Shown: piece by piece, positions 1-13,033 of the stretch | Numbering within the stretch: the stretch's first letter is position 1 | Layout of the letters: each line of letters begins with the position of its first letter | Origin: Chiloscyllium plagiosum | Taxonomy: Eukaryota | DNA length: 55,759 bases | Assembly (NCBI RefSeq): GCF_004010195.1 | Contig: NC_057719.1 | Location: 90,101,603-90,157,361, forward strand | Reading direction: 5' to 3' | Translations under genes and position numbers: made by a program | The notes under the pieces: generated by a model | The model's database searches: none | What the model was told of the DNA's origin: nothing | Seen by the model: only the letters and a program-made list of their open reading frames with translations

Positions 1-124
1 GTTGTTAGAATATTTAAAAGTGGCTTAAATGTTCAACATATTGCAGCTTCCTTTATTTGAGTCTATTTGCCTTGACTGTGAGTGCAGGGGAAAGGGGAGA
101 TTAAAGTGCATCAACCACGACAGT

Positions 125-365
125 TTAGAAACAAACAGAGAATGCTGGGGAACCTCAGCAGGTCCGGCAGTGTTCATGAAGCAAGAAACAGAGTTCTATT
201 TTCAGCCTGATATCGCGGTTCTTCAGAATTCTGTTTCATTCAGTGCAACTTCTTTTCCAGTTTTGAACCAGTCATTTGGGCATACAGAACATGAGTATTG
301 CTGCAAAAAGACACATTCTGTCAAAACTTTTGGTCTTGCACTCATCAGAGCATTTGCAAGAAATA
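125..365. mobile_element. Degenerate Penelope-like terminal fragments
   Basis: aatgctggggaacctcagcaggtc resembles the other Penelope-like termini in the window. A minus-strand CTGATGA-GTGCAAGAC hammerhead-like relic lies at ~320-348. Confidence 0.45.
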
Positions 366-1939
366 GCAATGTAGAGGGGAAACAATATGAGTCTTGTCTT
401 TTTTCAGCAAAGCTATTTGGAAACTTTAAATTCAGAGTATGTTAAATACCTAGTGCAAGACATGGTCTATAAAGGACCATTTGATGAGACATGACATGTC
501 ACAGGTAAGAACTAAGATTGACTTATAAGTCACAATACAATGAACAGAGCTTCTCTGAGAAGAGTTGAAGGCTGAGTGGAACATGGGATAAACACCTCAG
601 ATGAGTTGTCTGCATGATTCTCTACATCTGGTATACTATTCATGTGTAGATGCAGGCCTCGGTAATCAGGAAAGAATGACACTATTGTCTTCAAAAATAG
701 TTGTGCTTTCAGCACATGTCTGTTCACCCTGACAGCAGACAATGGAACTGGAACTGATCACATGATTGTTTATGTTTAAGAGCGTACATAGGAACGGAAG
801 CAGGCTATTGGTGTCTTGAGCCTGCTCTACCATTCAATAAGTACATGACTGATTTGATTGTGGTGTTAACTCCAATTTCCTGCCTGGCCTTTGGCTCCCT
901 TGCAGATCAAAACTCGGTTGGACTCAGTGGGCTTGTAAATTACAAAGCCTAATGACCCTCAGAAGAAATTCCTTACTTTAAATGTGTGACTTCTAGTTCA
1001 GATACCCTATGAGAGGAGAGAAATAGCCTGAAGGGGAAGATGACAGAGACCTTTGAGGGTCTGATAAATGGTGAGATTTTGAAGTCCAATCTCTTACGAG
1101 ATTAGCAGCTAATTTAGGTCAGTGAGTATTGGCTTATTGGGTAAATTGTGAATGTCAACTTGACTGTCCATTGAACTTTGATCCAATATGTTGTAGTTGT
1201 CTTACCAGGCTACTGGAATCTGGAGTCTTGAACCTTTTTTGCCCTTAAACCTGGTGACAGTGGTTAAGGGTCAGAACAGTATCAGATCTAGAGCATTTTA
1301 TTGATATTTCACAGGTCAAGAGTCACTGCTGTTTTCCATCAGGTAATGCACAATTGATGACTATGATTCAATGATGTGTAATTGAACTTGATTTCAATGG
1401 TTCTGAGTCACAGCTTTCCCAATATTTACCCTTAAGTTGGAAAGGAATTTCCCAAGTGATTTTCCTTGATTGGTTGCAGCTTACTGTTCTGCTCAGATTG
1501 TTTTTATTTGCCAGAGTATTATGTGGCTATATTGGCCTAGCAGTATGGGAAATAGAATCATGGGATGGTACAGCATGGCAAGTTATTCGCCCTTGCATGT
1601 TTCTGCTTACTCTTTTGAAATAGGTATTCAATTAGTCCCACTCTGCTGCTCTTTCCCCAGAGTACTTCTTCAGTGCTTAACTCTTAACAATTAGTCTTGA
1701 ATTCGTTTAGCCCACTGTAGACCATGCATTGCAGACTGAATCATTGACTGGAAAATGTTACCTTCTGTGGCTCTGTTTTTCAGTGTTTTTGCAGTGTCTG
1801 TTGACCTGATACTTGAACTGGTTTGGGGTCTTTGACTGATGAAGGTTTGTACTCAAGTATATTTGGATCTCCTAATCTGACTTGGTGACAGGAACTGCCT
1901 GCATTTGTAATGTATCTTCTCTGCTTTTAACCTCTGCAG

Positions 1940-2122
1940 GCCTTGCCCTCAATCAGACTTGTGCTGACGATGGCCCGACCCAGGTAGACGATGGGGGCTT
2001 CACTCAGGAATGGACAAACAGCAGAAATGCCAGGTTGGGTCCTATGGAATCGACCCAGGAGAGTCGGGCAGCCGTGCAGGCTCTGCCTAGCCCTCCAGTA
2101 GCAATTGAAGATCCTGAGGAAA
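1940..2122 (+). CDS. PSEN1: Presenilin-1, cytoplasmic loop exon (equivalent to human exon 10)
   Basis: Translation DDGGFTQEWTNSRNARLGPMESTQESRAAVQALPSPPVAIEDPEE resembles the PSEN1 loop as I recall it (DDGGFSEEW...LGPHRSTPESRAAVQEL...EDPEE). Acceptor cag ends at 1939, donor gtaagt starts at 2123, and both ends are phase 1. Confidence 0.93.
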
Positions 2123-2274
2123 GTAAGTGAACTTACCACTGGAAGCTATAAGTTGCTAGGTTGTATCATTCAACCGTGTCCTGGATGACTTAAAGAGGCA
2201 GTGCTGAAGCAGGAGCCACAATCTGAAAAAAATGTATCCATTGTCTTGACCTACCCTTTATATCTAACCTCTAC

Positions 2275-2450
2275 GGAGAAAGTGAGGTCTGCAGATGCTG
2301 GAGATCAGAGCTGAAAATGTGTTGCTGGAAGAGCGCAGCAGGTCAGGCAGCATCCAGGGAACAGGAGAATCGACGTTTCGGGCATAAGCCCTTCTCCTGT
2401 TCCCTGGATGCTGCCTGACCTGCTGCGCTCTTCCAGCAACACATTTTCAG
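2275..2450. mobile_element. Short palindromic Penelope-derived element with 13-bp target-site duplication
   Basis: Perfect 59-bp inverted arms at 2311-2369 and 2392-2450. Flanking direct repeat ATCTAACCTCTAC at 2262-2274 and 2451-2463. The same terminus recurs at 31132 and (inverted) at 47136. Confidence 0.85.
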
Positions 2451-2489
2451 ATCTAACCTCTACCTTTGGATCTCTGTGCTTCCATATTT

Positions 2490-3420
2490 CAGGCTTCTGG
2501 TATATCTTGTGGGTCATAAATATAAGATAGTCACTAATGAATTCAGGAGAAACTTCATAATTCAGAAGGCAACTGAGATCTGGAACTCACTGTTAGTTGG
2601 AGAAATTGAAGCAAATAACATGAATGCATTGAGGAGAAGCTAGTTGAATACATACAAAGAGAGAGAAAGAAATAGAATTATGGACTTGTAAGGGTCACGT
2701 GGGATGTGGTTTGAGTAGATAAAAATCAGCGGCAGTTGCTTCATAGAATTGTATTCTGGTTTCAGCACATTAAAAAGGCCGTTTGCCCCATCATGTCTGT
2801 GCTGGCTGTCAGAAGGACCAGCTCTCCTAGTGCCATGTTCCCTGTGTAGCCCTGCAAGTTCCTCCTCCTTTAGATAATATTCTACTTTCCTTTTGAAAGT
2901 TTCATTTGGCCCTGCCTCTACCATGCAATCAGGCAGCGTATTTCGGATCCTAATCACTCTGTGTGAAAGTTTCTTCCTGTTTTCACTGTTACTTCTTTTG
3001 CTAATTGCCTTGCATCTGTGTCCCCCCACACCCAATTCCTCATCCTATCATCAATGGGAACAGTTTTTCCATAGCTACTTTGTTCAGTCCAGTCATGATT
3101 TTAATTACCTTCTCAGCCCCAGCTTCAAACTGTCCTCATAACTGAAGCCCACATCCTCTGAGCCACTTCTGTAAATCCTTCCTGTACCCTCAAGAATGCC
3201 ATCACATCATTTCTAAAACGTGGTGCCCAGAACCTTTTTTAATTCACTTGTGGGATGCATGCCTTGCTGGCCGGCCAGCATTTATCGCCTGTCAAAGTTG
3301 ATACAGTCCTGCAGTTGAGGCTGAACCAATAATACATGCAGGTTTGACATAACTTTCTTGCTTTTGTACTCTGGACCAGGATCAAGCCCAGGATTCTGTA
3401 TCTTTAACCACTCTCACAAA
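2490..3420. mobile_element. Old CR1-type LINE 3' fragments in both orientations
   Basis: ORF 2640..3035(-) reads RVIRIRNTLPDCMVEAG...FKRKV, similar to the CR1 C-terminus RVVRVWNELPEEVVEAG seen at 26401. A + strand relic lies at ~2500-2740. Confidence 0.65.
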
Positions 3421-3985
3421 CCTGTGTGCCGTTATCCTTTGGTCCTGTTGCTCCTGCACCAACTATTCTATCCATTTGTGGGACTTGGGAGTCGCTGGCT
3501 GGCCAGCATTGATAGCCCATCCCTATTTGCCCTTGAGAAGGTGGAGGTGAGCTGCCTTCTTGAATCGCTGCACTCCACTTGCTGTGGGTTGACCCGGAAT
3601 GCCGGAAGGGAAGGAATTCCAGGATTTTGACCCAACGACTGTGAAGGAACGATTGTATATTTCCAAGTCAGGATGGTGAGTGGCTTGGAGGGGAACGTGC
3701 AGGTGGTGGTGTTCCTAAGTACCTGCTGCCCTTGTCCTTCTGGGTGGACGTGGTCGTGGGTTTGGAAGGTGCTGTCTAAGGATCTTTGGTGAATTTCTGC
3801 AGTGCATCTTCTAGATAGTACACACTGCTGCTACTGAGCGCTGGTGGTGGAGGAACTTAAGGTTTATGGAGATGGTGCCAATCAAGCAGGTTACTTTGTC
3901 CCGGATGGTGTCAAGCTTCTTGAGTGTTGTTGGAGCTGCAAGTGGGGAGTATTCCATCACATTCCTGACTTGGAGTGTGGTGGAA
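3235..3985 (-). mobile_element. 3' region of an old CR1/L2-group LINE family
   Basis: Reverse complement of blocks seen at 4255-4840 and 27480-28995 (cacaccatcctgacttggaaatat, caccttctcaagggcaactaggga). Confidence 0.7.
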
Positions 3986-4254
3986 GACTCCAACTCCAGA
4001 ATTGTCGCTTGTGTTACATATTGCCTTCCCATGTTCTTCTTCCAAAATTATCAAAATGAATTTCTTAATACTTTTCCGCCACTTGTCTGATTTCCCACAA
4101 AATGAGTTTTTAATAAATGAAATCAGACACAGCCGGTCTGTGTCCTTTTGATGTTTAACACTATCTTCTCCAGTCCATAATACTTCCCAATTATGTATTA
4201 TCTGCAAGTATCATGCAAGCACCAATGACTATCTGTAATAAGGGAGACTCTGAC

Positions 4255-4840
4255 CATCAACCTTTAACATTCAATGGCTTTATAGTCACTGAACTCGCCC
4301 GCTATCAACATCCTGCTGATTACTATTGACCAGAAACTGAACATCATAGTATTGTGACTACAAGAAGAAGCCAGAGGCTACGAACCTTGCAGCGGTAACT
4401 GATTCCCAAAGCAGGTCCACCAAAATTAAGGCATAAGTGACAGAATGCTCCCCAGTTGAGTGCATAAGTGTAGCTCCAACAGAACTCCAGAAACTTTACA
4501 CCACCCAGGGCAAGGCAACCTGTTTGTTTGAAACCACATCCACAAAAATTCACTTCCTCCAGTATGCACTATCTGCAAGATGCAGTGCAGAAATTCACCA
4601 ATGTACTTAGCACCTTCCAAGCCACTCACCATCCTCACTTGAAAATATATCGCCGTTCTTTCAGTGTTTCTGGGTCAAAATTCTGAACTCCTGTCAATAA
4701 TGGCATTGTCAGTCAACCCACAGCAGTGGACTGTAGTGGTTCGAGAAGGCAGCCCACAACCACCTTCTCAAGGGCAACTAGGGATGGCAGGTCCTGCCAG
4801 TGACGTCCACATCCCACAAAATTAGTTTTTAATAAATGAA
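4255..4840 (+). mobile_element. 3' region of the same old LINE family
   Basis: Contains gccactcaccatcctcacttgaaaatatatcgccgtt and caccttctcaagggcaactagggatgg, shared with 28850-28995. Confidence 0.7.
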
Positions 4841-4944
4841 ATTTTCCATCACTGAGGTCATCACAAAAGGTCAATGGGCAGTGTATGCTGAGCTTTGCCA
4901 CCGCATATAAATCTTTCAATGCTGGGCCCAGTAATATACATAGA

Positions 4945-5253
4945 ATCATAGGATCCCTTCAGTGTGGAAGCAGGCCATTCAGCCCATTGAGTTCATACCA
5001 ACCCTCTGAAGAGCATCCCACCCAGCCCCACTTCCCTACCTTATTCCTGTTACCCTGAATTTCCCATGGCCAATTCACCTAACCTGCATACCTTTGTACT
5101 CTGGGAGGATACCAGAGGAGACCCACACAAACATGGGGAGAATGTGCAAACTCCACACACAGTTGCTGAAGGTGACTGTCCGAGGCTGGCATCAAATTCC
5201 AGTCCCTAGTGCTGTGAGGCAACTGTGCCAACCACTGAGTCACCAGGCCGCCC
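4945..5253 (-). mobile_element. HE1-like tRNA-derived V-SINE
   Basis: On the minus strand: tRNA-like head GGGCGGCCTGGTGACTCAGTGGTTGGCAC, central TGTGTGGAGTTTGCACATTCTCCCC, and a CR1-like tail. Confidence 0.85.
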
Positions 5254-5324
5254 AAACAACATATGACCAAGCTAGACTGAATGGGCCTCTGTGTGGAAAC
5301 TAGAGAGCTGAAAGCAGACATTAA

Positions 5325-5633
<309 letters not shown>

Positions 5634-5771
5634 TAACATTGCAGACTACTGCAGGCTGGTTGGGGTGCAGGTTTATGGTGCCTTGTCTGACATTGTATGG
5701 GTCAGCAATTTGAGCTCTGAGTGCAGCTCTGCTGAATCTGGTTCAGCCTTCCCTCAGCCCAGTCTAGTAAT

Positions 5772-5897
5772 AAGGTAAATATCACACAACACCAGGTTAT
5801 AGTCCAACAAGTTTAATTGGAAGCACACTAGCTTTCGGAGCGACGCTCCTTCATTTTTAACTTTGTACACCCCAGTCCAACACCGGCATCTCCAAAT
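5772..5897. mobile_element. Short Penelope-derived element (second family) with 12-bp target-site duplication
   Basis: Core cacacaacaccaggttatagtccaac...ctagctttcggagcgacgctccttcat. Direct repeat CAGTCTAGTAAT at 5760-5771 and 5898-5909. A related palindromic copy lies at ~49220-49325. Confidence 0.7.
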
Positions 5898-6903
5898 CAG
5901 TCTAGTAATGGTCACTAGAGTAGGTATACTGACTAATAGCGACCTACTTTTCTTTATCCCCACTGCTCCTTCGGAGATGCAGTGTTGGAGATCTTACACT
6001 TCCACTTAAAGCCAAATTAAAACGCCCTCTTAATCACCGTGGAAACCAAACTTTGCACATTGGGTGAACCAGATTAATATGACAACTGTAGCTTGCTCAC
6101 TGTTGTATTTAGTGAATTTGGTGATGTATTGACGGAGACATGACACAGCCTTCTTTTAAGAATCATCTTAACTGTGGGGGACACTGCAAACAGCTTGCAT
6201 TCTAAGCACTGGGAATTCCCCAGGTTGCAAACAGTCTTGATTCCATTCATAAGTCAGTTTACATGTAAGGTGGAGCACAGTGCAGGAGAATATGAAGTAG
6301 CCGCTCGTACGTACACCATTGGTCGGATCTTTAAAATTATCCCCTGTATAGCATCGCATCTGTAAGTATGAGCATTTATAAGTTCTGTTTGACTGATGCA
6401 CAAAGGCCTGGGGTTCTTTGATTAAAAGGCTGGCAACAGAACACAAAATGGTGTAATTCTCTTTTATTTTGAGGGCCATTCTATTCTCCTTGTATGCCAA
6501 TTTTAAGCTATTGTTGTGGTTTTTACTTGAAGAATTCGCCTAATAGGCATCAATGCACTCTCTCTTCTTCATCGTTCTCCTCTCGTCCTCTGTCTCTGCT
6601 TTCCCTGCTCACTACTGGCCAACAATTTAATGCACAAATTGAACACAATCAGTATTCTCTATTTATCCTCCCACTGGTGTCTCTGCAACCTCACTCTCAG
6701 GGCTGCGGTGGTAAGAAATAAGCATTCTCCCTTTTCAAACCCCTTTCCCCCCCGCCACCCACAAAAATAAACACCACCTTGGCCAACCACAAGATTGAAC
6801 CTGCTGCTTTGTGCTGACCTGTATGGGTATGAATGTGCTCTTCTTTTCCAGCATCGTCCACTGAAGAGAAGGAGTTTCATAGGAAATGATGCAGATTTAG
6901 TAA

Positions 6904-7083
<180 letters not shown>

Positions 7084-7095
7084 TGTTTGTTTTGG

Positions 7096-7662
7096 AATAA
7101 ATGTTTCAAGTTGTACTGTAAAACTTTCATGCTGAGCACTGGAAAAGGATCTTGTTTTTTTGTTGTAACTGGTATAACCATCTCTCAAGTAGAGAACAAT
7201 AAAGTTGTATGGGACCTCTGTGGATTATAATTATCGGAACAATTTGTTATTTTTTTAAATCCATCTGTTGCCTGTGCACACTTCTGAATTTGATCACTCC
7301 TGTGTGTCTGTGGGATTGATTTTAACCTGATATACCACTGAGTGCCATGGTCGAAGTGAAAAGTGACAGGGCTGTGCTGTTAGAAGTTTCGGTGCAGCTT
7401 TGCTCTTGCTCAGCTTTTCTGCAAAATATGTTATAACATTGCAATGAAAAAAAGCTGCATTCAGTGTCCAGAATGCAGCCTTCTTTGCAACATTATTACT
7501 GTGTAAAAAGGTTTTCATCCTTTAAAGGCAGTTTTCTGAACTGCTGAGGGTCCCCCATTAAGTAAACATTTCTTGAATAGATGCCTGAACTTTATTTCAC
7601 CCTATACTGGACATTCCTTCCCTCATTCTACTTAAACTCACCCGCTGAACTTTGGAAATAAA
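7096..7662 (+). terminator. Candidate PSEN1 polyadenylation signals in the 3' UTR
   Basis: AATAAA at 7096-7101, 7198-7203 and 7657-7662. Sequence alone cannot show which is used. Confidence 0.4.
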
Positions 7663-8769
7663 AACAGGCAATGCTGGAAACACTCAGCAGGTCAGTTCAG
7701 ACCAGTGGAGAGAGCAAAGATGTGAGTTGAAGTTCCGGGCCCATGGTCAGGTTTTTGGATCGTGGCCCAACAACTTTGTTTTCATCACAGCTTTCTAGCA
7801 ACAGTGGTATTTTGCTGTTTTGTACTTGATTTTTTATTTGAACAAAGCAAACGTGAATGAGAAGCTGTGGATTTCGTGATGTTTTGTGACAATACATGCA
7901 GACTTATTGAATTGCTTTTGAACAAATGGGGGAAATGATTGGACTTCCTTTGGGGTCTCTGATCTGTAGCAATTAAAAGTTGGCGGTGCAGTGGACTTGT
8001 GTGTTCCAGTTTTCTTTCTGACAATCGCAACTTATTGTCTCATGGGAGGAGAGGGGGAGTTGGGAGTCAACAGGAAATAAGCCAAAGGCATCTCTCATAA
8101 GACATGAGTGAAACGAGTTTAAAATAAATTATTTTAAAAATAAATTACCATGGTTAAAATAATTGGACTGTTTGATAGTGTAGATAGGAACCTTTTCCTC
8201 CAACAAGAAACCAAAACATGAAAGCATTAGTTTCATATTCAACTAGGTCCATTCACTGTTCCTGGGTATGACCTGTCCCATTGGCAGGACAGAGCCAGCA
8301 GAGAGGACAGCACAGCGGAGTCAGGAAGGAGACAACCTGAGGTTCATCAACTTTGACTCTACACCCATGGTATCAGATGAAATGTGGTCTAGGAACCTGC
8401 CTGTTGGAATGTGCGATCAGCCATAATGGGATTAAATAGTGGAGCAGACTCAAGGGGCTGAATGGTCTACTCCAGTTCCTCTGTCCTAGCAAACGATGCT
8501 GTAGATTCTGTGGTAAATGCTGAGGGAGGAGCATGCTTCATCCTCTCATTGACTACAGATGCACGTGCAACAAGTAGATTAATGTGTAACCTGTGCACAG
8601 TCTTTGTGGGGATGAAGTTTTGGTGTCCACACCATTGTGGGATTCTCAGGGTGGTCTGGCCCGCGGTTAACGCCTTGCCAAATGGGATTGATTTAACAGC
8701 CCGAGCTCTCCCAACATGGGAATCTATCAGCAGAAATGTGTCCAACCACAATCTTGTCATCTCATAAGC

Positions 8770-9095
8770 CATTATTGTCAGGGACTAACCCTGATGCAGT
8801 GAAGGGTACAGGAGAGTGTACAGTAGCAGAACCAATGACACCTAAAGATATGGTGCCAACGTGGTGAAGCTACAATGCAAGAAGGCATAAATACCAAACA
8901 GTGGGAGTTGAGCAAAGTAATCCCACAACAAAGCAATCGAATCTGAGCTGTGCAACCCTGCTATATCCAGTCATAAATAAGGGCGGGCGATTAAACAACT
9001 CAGTGGAGAAGGAGGAGGCCCTGTTCAATGAGGGGGCAGTCCAGCATGTCGGTGCAGATGACCAGGCTAAAACACCATCTGTCAATTTCAGGCGA
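8770..9095 (+). mobile_element. Internal fragment of old CR1/L2-group LINE
   Basis: Homologous to 26070-26390. ORF 8901 SNPTTKQSNLSCATLLYPVINKGGRLNNSVEKE matches ORF 26171 SNPSTNRSDLNSAVLPHPVMNNSGQLNNSLEKD. Confidence 0.65.
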
Positions 9096-9104
9096 GTGGA
9101 TAGA

Positions 9105-9797
9105 AACATAGAAAATACGTGAAGGAATCGGCCATTCGGCCCTTCAAACCTGCACCATCATTCAATGCAATCGTGGCTGATCATGCAATCTTAGTTTCCC
9201 ATGCCCGCCCTCTTCCCCATTCCCAGGACCATGTCCAGCTCCCTCTTGAATGTATCTAATGAACTGGCCCCAACAGAGACTTCCACAGGTTCACAACTCC
9301 GAAGAAATATTTCCTCATCTCAGTCCTGAATAGCTTACCCCTTGTTCGTAGACTGTGACCCCTTGTTCTGGACTTCCCCAACATCTGGAACATTCTTCCC
9401 AAATCTAGCCTGTCCAGTCCCATCTGGAATTTCTATGTTTCTATGAGACCCTCCCCATCATTCTTCTAAATTCCAGCAAACACAAGTTAATCCTGTCTGT
9501 ATTCAGACTGGTGAACCTTCACTGGACTCCCTCAATAGCAAGAATGTCCTTCCTCAGACTAGGAGACCAAAACTGCACACAATACTCAAGGTATGGCCTC
9601 ACCAAGGCCCTGTATAACTGCAGCAAGGTATTCAATACTCAAATCCTCTCGCTATGAAGGAGAGCATGCTATTAGCTTTCCTCACTGCCCGATACACCTA
9701 TTTGCCAACTCAGCGACTGTTCCACCATGATACCCAGGTCTCATTGCACCTCACCTTTTCCTAAACTGCCACTATTCAAATAATAATAATCTGCCTC
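9105..9797 (-). mobile_element. CR1-type LINE 3' fragment
   Basis: Reverse strand carries CR1 RT C-terminal sequence (gagtattgtgtgcagttttggtctcct, EYCVQFWSP) and a typical 3' tail. Confidence 0.75.
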
Positions 9798-9799
9798 CT

Positions 9800-10965
9800 G
9801 AAATCAGGGGGCTGGAAAGCAAAGGAATCATCAAACCAGTCCAGTGCAGAAATGGGCAGCTCCAGTCATACTGGCTGTGAAGTCTGACGGGTCAGTTCAT
9901 CTTGGTATCTTAAACAAAAGATAAACTGCTTCTCACAGTTGGATAAATACCCAATGCTTCACATAGGGGACTTATACACAAAGCTGGAGCTGGATAGGAG
10001 CTGTTCTTCATGAAGCTAGACATGAACCATGCATACTTGCAATTGCGGTTAAATGAGGATTTCCAGAAATATAGTAGCATTAATATCCACAAAGATTTGT
10101 ACCAATACACGAGACTGCCATTTGGGGTTTCAGCAGTCTGTGCTATTTTCAATCACACAATGGAGAATATTTTAGAAGGTTCACCCCAAGTCACCCATTT
10201 GTCTGGATGACATGCTAATAAAGGGAAAGACCAATAAAGAGCACTTCGAGAACTTGGATATAGTCCTTAATCATTTCTCCAAGGCCAGGGTACATCTTAG
10301 GAAGGAAAAATGTACGCTCCAGATATTCCAAGTGACCTGCTTGGAGCAGAGTCCAACATGACCAAGTTTCACCCATAAAGTGTGGGCATTCAAAGGTGGC
10401 CCAGCTCCCACATCTGTACCAGAACTTAGGCCTTTTCTCGGGTTGGTGAATCAAACCCAAAAATTCACATGTACCCTGGTCTCCATCATGGCATTTGCTA
10501 TGACTCTATTATAGAGTCATAGAGATATACAGCATGGAAACAGACCTTTCAGTCCAACCCGTCCATGCCGACCAGATATCCCAACCCAATCTAGTCTTAC
10601 CTACCAGCACCCGGCCCATATCCCTCCAAACCCTTCCTATTCATATACCCATCCAAATGCCTTTTAAATGTTGTAATTGTACCAGCCTCCACCACTTCCT
10701 CTGGCAGCTCATTCCATGCACGTACCACCCTCTGTGTGAAAACATTGCGGAAATGATCTCATAACCAAGATGTAGCCTTTAGTGAAGTGAAGAAGCAGCT
10801 AATGTCATCTAAGCTGTGGGCGCACAATGATCCCAAGTGAGATATAGTGCTAACATGTGATACCTCCCCATATGGTATCGGAGAAGTGTTGACTCACAAA
10901 TGGCCCAATGGTGCACAGGACTGTGTGCTTCCAGGACTTTGATAGATGCAGAGCACAAATCTAAT
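9800..10965 (+). mobile_element. Degenerate Ty3/Gypsy pol fragment (RT to RNase H start)
   Basis: ORF 10010 reads KLDMNHAYLQL...YTRLPFGVSAVCAIF, with a ctggatgac (LDD) relic at ~10203. After a CR1 insert the frame resumes as AFSEVKKQLMSSKL...LTCD. Confidence 0.8.
10512..10748 (-). mobile_element. Young CR1/HER1-type LINE 3' end inserted in the Gypsy relic
   Basis: Near-identical reverse complement of 26630-26865, and near-identical to 55427-55650. Confidence 0.85.
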
Positions 10966-10969
10966 ATCC

Positions 10970-12315
10970 ACTTAAGGGGCACAGATTTATGATACCCCAA
11001 ATGGCAGTCGTGTAGGTTGGTGCAAACCTTATGAGCATTCATTGTAGCATACCTCTGGGAAACTTTATCTAATTGTAATTGCAGGTACACGTGTCTAGTG
11101 TCCAGTTTCAGGAAGGACAGTCTCCCTCACTGGTTTTGGATATAAGTCCTAAATATGAGGAATTGCGTATTTATTCAGCTGCAAGAAGCACTTTACCGTT
11201 TGTTTGAAATCCCCACAAAGATTAACTGACCTATCGGGCTTCACAATCGGTACAACCAGTGCTGCCCAATCCACAAACTGTTCTGCTTTGATGATTCCTT
11301 GGCTTTCCAGCCTCCTGATTTTGCCTTGACTTTTGCATGTGAGGTAAATAGCACTGGGTGGGCCTTGCCAAATCATGGAATTGCCTTTTGGTCAACATGT
11401 GAGGTGGCCTTTTGAAAGTCCCTAGGCCACCCTGAGAAACTTCCAGGTATTTCATTAGGATTTCACTCAGGCAGACATTTTCTAATCAAAAAATGTTGAG
11501 CCAATCCAGTTGAACCTTTCTTTACCAATTTCATCCCATCAAGCTTGGGTCTGAGCCCTTTTACAGAAATCGATGATAACTGAACCAGCTGCTTCTCATA
11601 AGAGACCAGAACCGTAAATGTACCCTTATCCATGGGAGTTCGCCAGTATAGGTTCTCAGCCTCGCCGAGGTCTCATGCAAACCTAAGAGTTAGGATCCAG
11701 AGTGAATTTTGATAAAGGCTGATTCCACAACCATTGATACAGCTGCACCGGAATGGGTGACAGTTTAACCAGATTGTTTATTTTCATTAGTTCTGACTTG
11801 GATGTTGCTGAGCAATTTAACTGTTCCACACCAGCTATAGGTGAACTTTCCAGGGTATGCATTCTCCTGGATATTGGCCTGAGAGTTATCGTACTCAGTT
11901 CAGGCCGAGTAAGACTCTTTTGTTGTCAGATACTGGCAGCAACTACAATGACCTGCCAGCATGCATCCTCGAAAATTGTAACTGTTTGGTCGAATCCTTG
12001 GCTTTGTTTTGGTGTTTAGCTGTGGGCTGACCTAGAGTCCCTCAGTTCAGAATATGTCCTGAGTGAGAATATGAAATTGCCCTCACTCAAGTGGTATTCC
12101 CCAAGCTCAGTTGGCCTGGTGAGGGTGTCCACTTCCATCGGCACCTGTAATTCCTAAAGTCCACGTGTCATATTTTCTAATGACAAAGCCAGTTGTAGTG
12201 CTTGTTTGAAGTCTTGTGCATGGTTACATTATTAATCCCTCTTATTAAACATTCAGCATCTCACTTAGTTAACTCTAATCCAAAATCACAATCCTCTACC
12301 AGTTGTCTTAAACCT
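10970..12315 (-). mobile_element. Degenerate Ty3/Gypsy gag-protease-RT fragment, opposite strand
   Basis: Minus ORFs WAALVVPIVKPDRSVNLCGDFKQTV (11149..11376) and YLQLQLDKVSQRYATMNAH (10809..11090). Gag-like GLRQLVEDCDFG at ~12279-12314 is cut off by the next element. Confidence 0.75.
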
Positions 12316-12739
12316 TGTTATGAAGGTGTAAGCGGTACTGTACCTCTGAGAGAGTTGAAGGACTGAGCAAGCATACAGGGTGCTGGAGAATTTACAATGT
12401 AATGTTTGGTCCAGCAGCTAGCAGCACCTGGGTTGCAATGAGACAAAAAGAAATTAAAATTCGGCCAATCAGTTTAAATTAAACCCAATGGATGCTAAAC
12501 TCCAATCAAATTTGAATTTAGTATTTTGACGATATTAAAAGCCAATGAAATGATCTGATGCTTTGGGGTATAAAACCAAAAAAAAAAAATTGAACAGTTG
12601 GAGAAGAACTGCCAAGCTACCAACACATGCAGACTGCCTGTAGAATAGCTCTCTTAAAGGTACCTTGGGGGTTTTTATTGGACCAGGATTATAGACGGGA
12701 ATGTATAGGGTAGGTTAGAGAAAGGAGTTGTAAATAGTT

Positions 12740-13033
12740 TAGATTAGATTACTTACAGTGTGGAAACAGACCCTTTGGCCCAACAAATCCACACCGACCC
12801 GCAAACCCACCCAGACCCATTCCCCTACATTAACCCCTTCACCTAACACTACGGACAATTTAACACATCCAATTCACCTAACCCGCACAGTTTTGGATTG
12901 TGGGAGGAAACCTGAGGAAACCCACACAGACACGGGGAGAATGTGCAAACTCCACACAGTCAGTCGCCTGAGGTGGGAATTGAACCTGGCTCTCTGGTGC
13001 TGTGAGGCAGCTATACTAACCACCGTGCCGCCC
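12740..13033 (-). mobile_element. HE1-like SINE inside the LTR
   Basis: (AGATT)n tail at 12741-12750, V-domain-like core, and head ending caccgtgccgccc at 13033. Confidence 0.88.

Noticed and set aside
29..445. 138-aa ORF
   Set aside because: It has no recognisable homology, overlaps Penelope-like fragments and lies in a PSEN1 intron.
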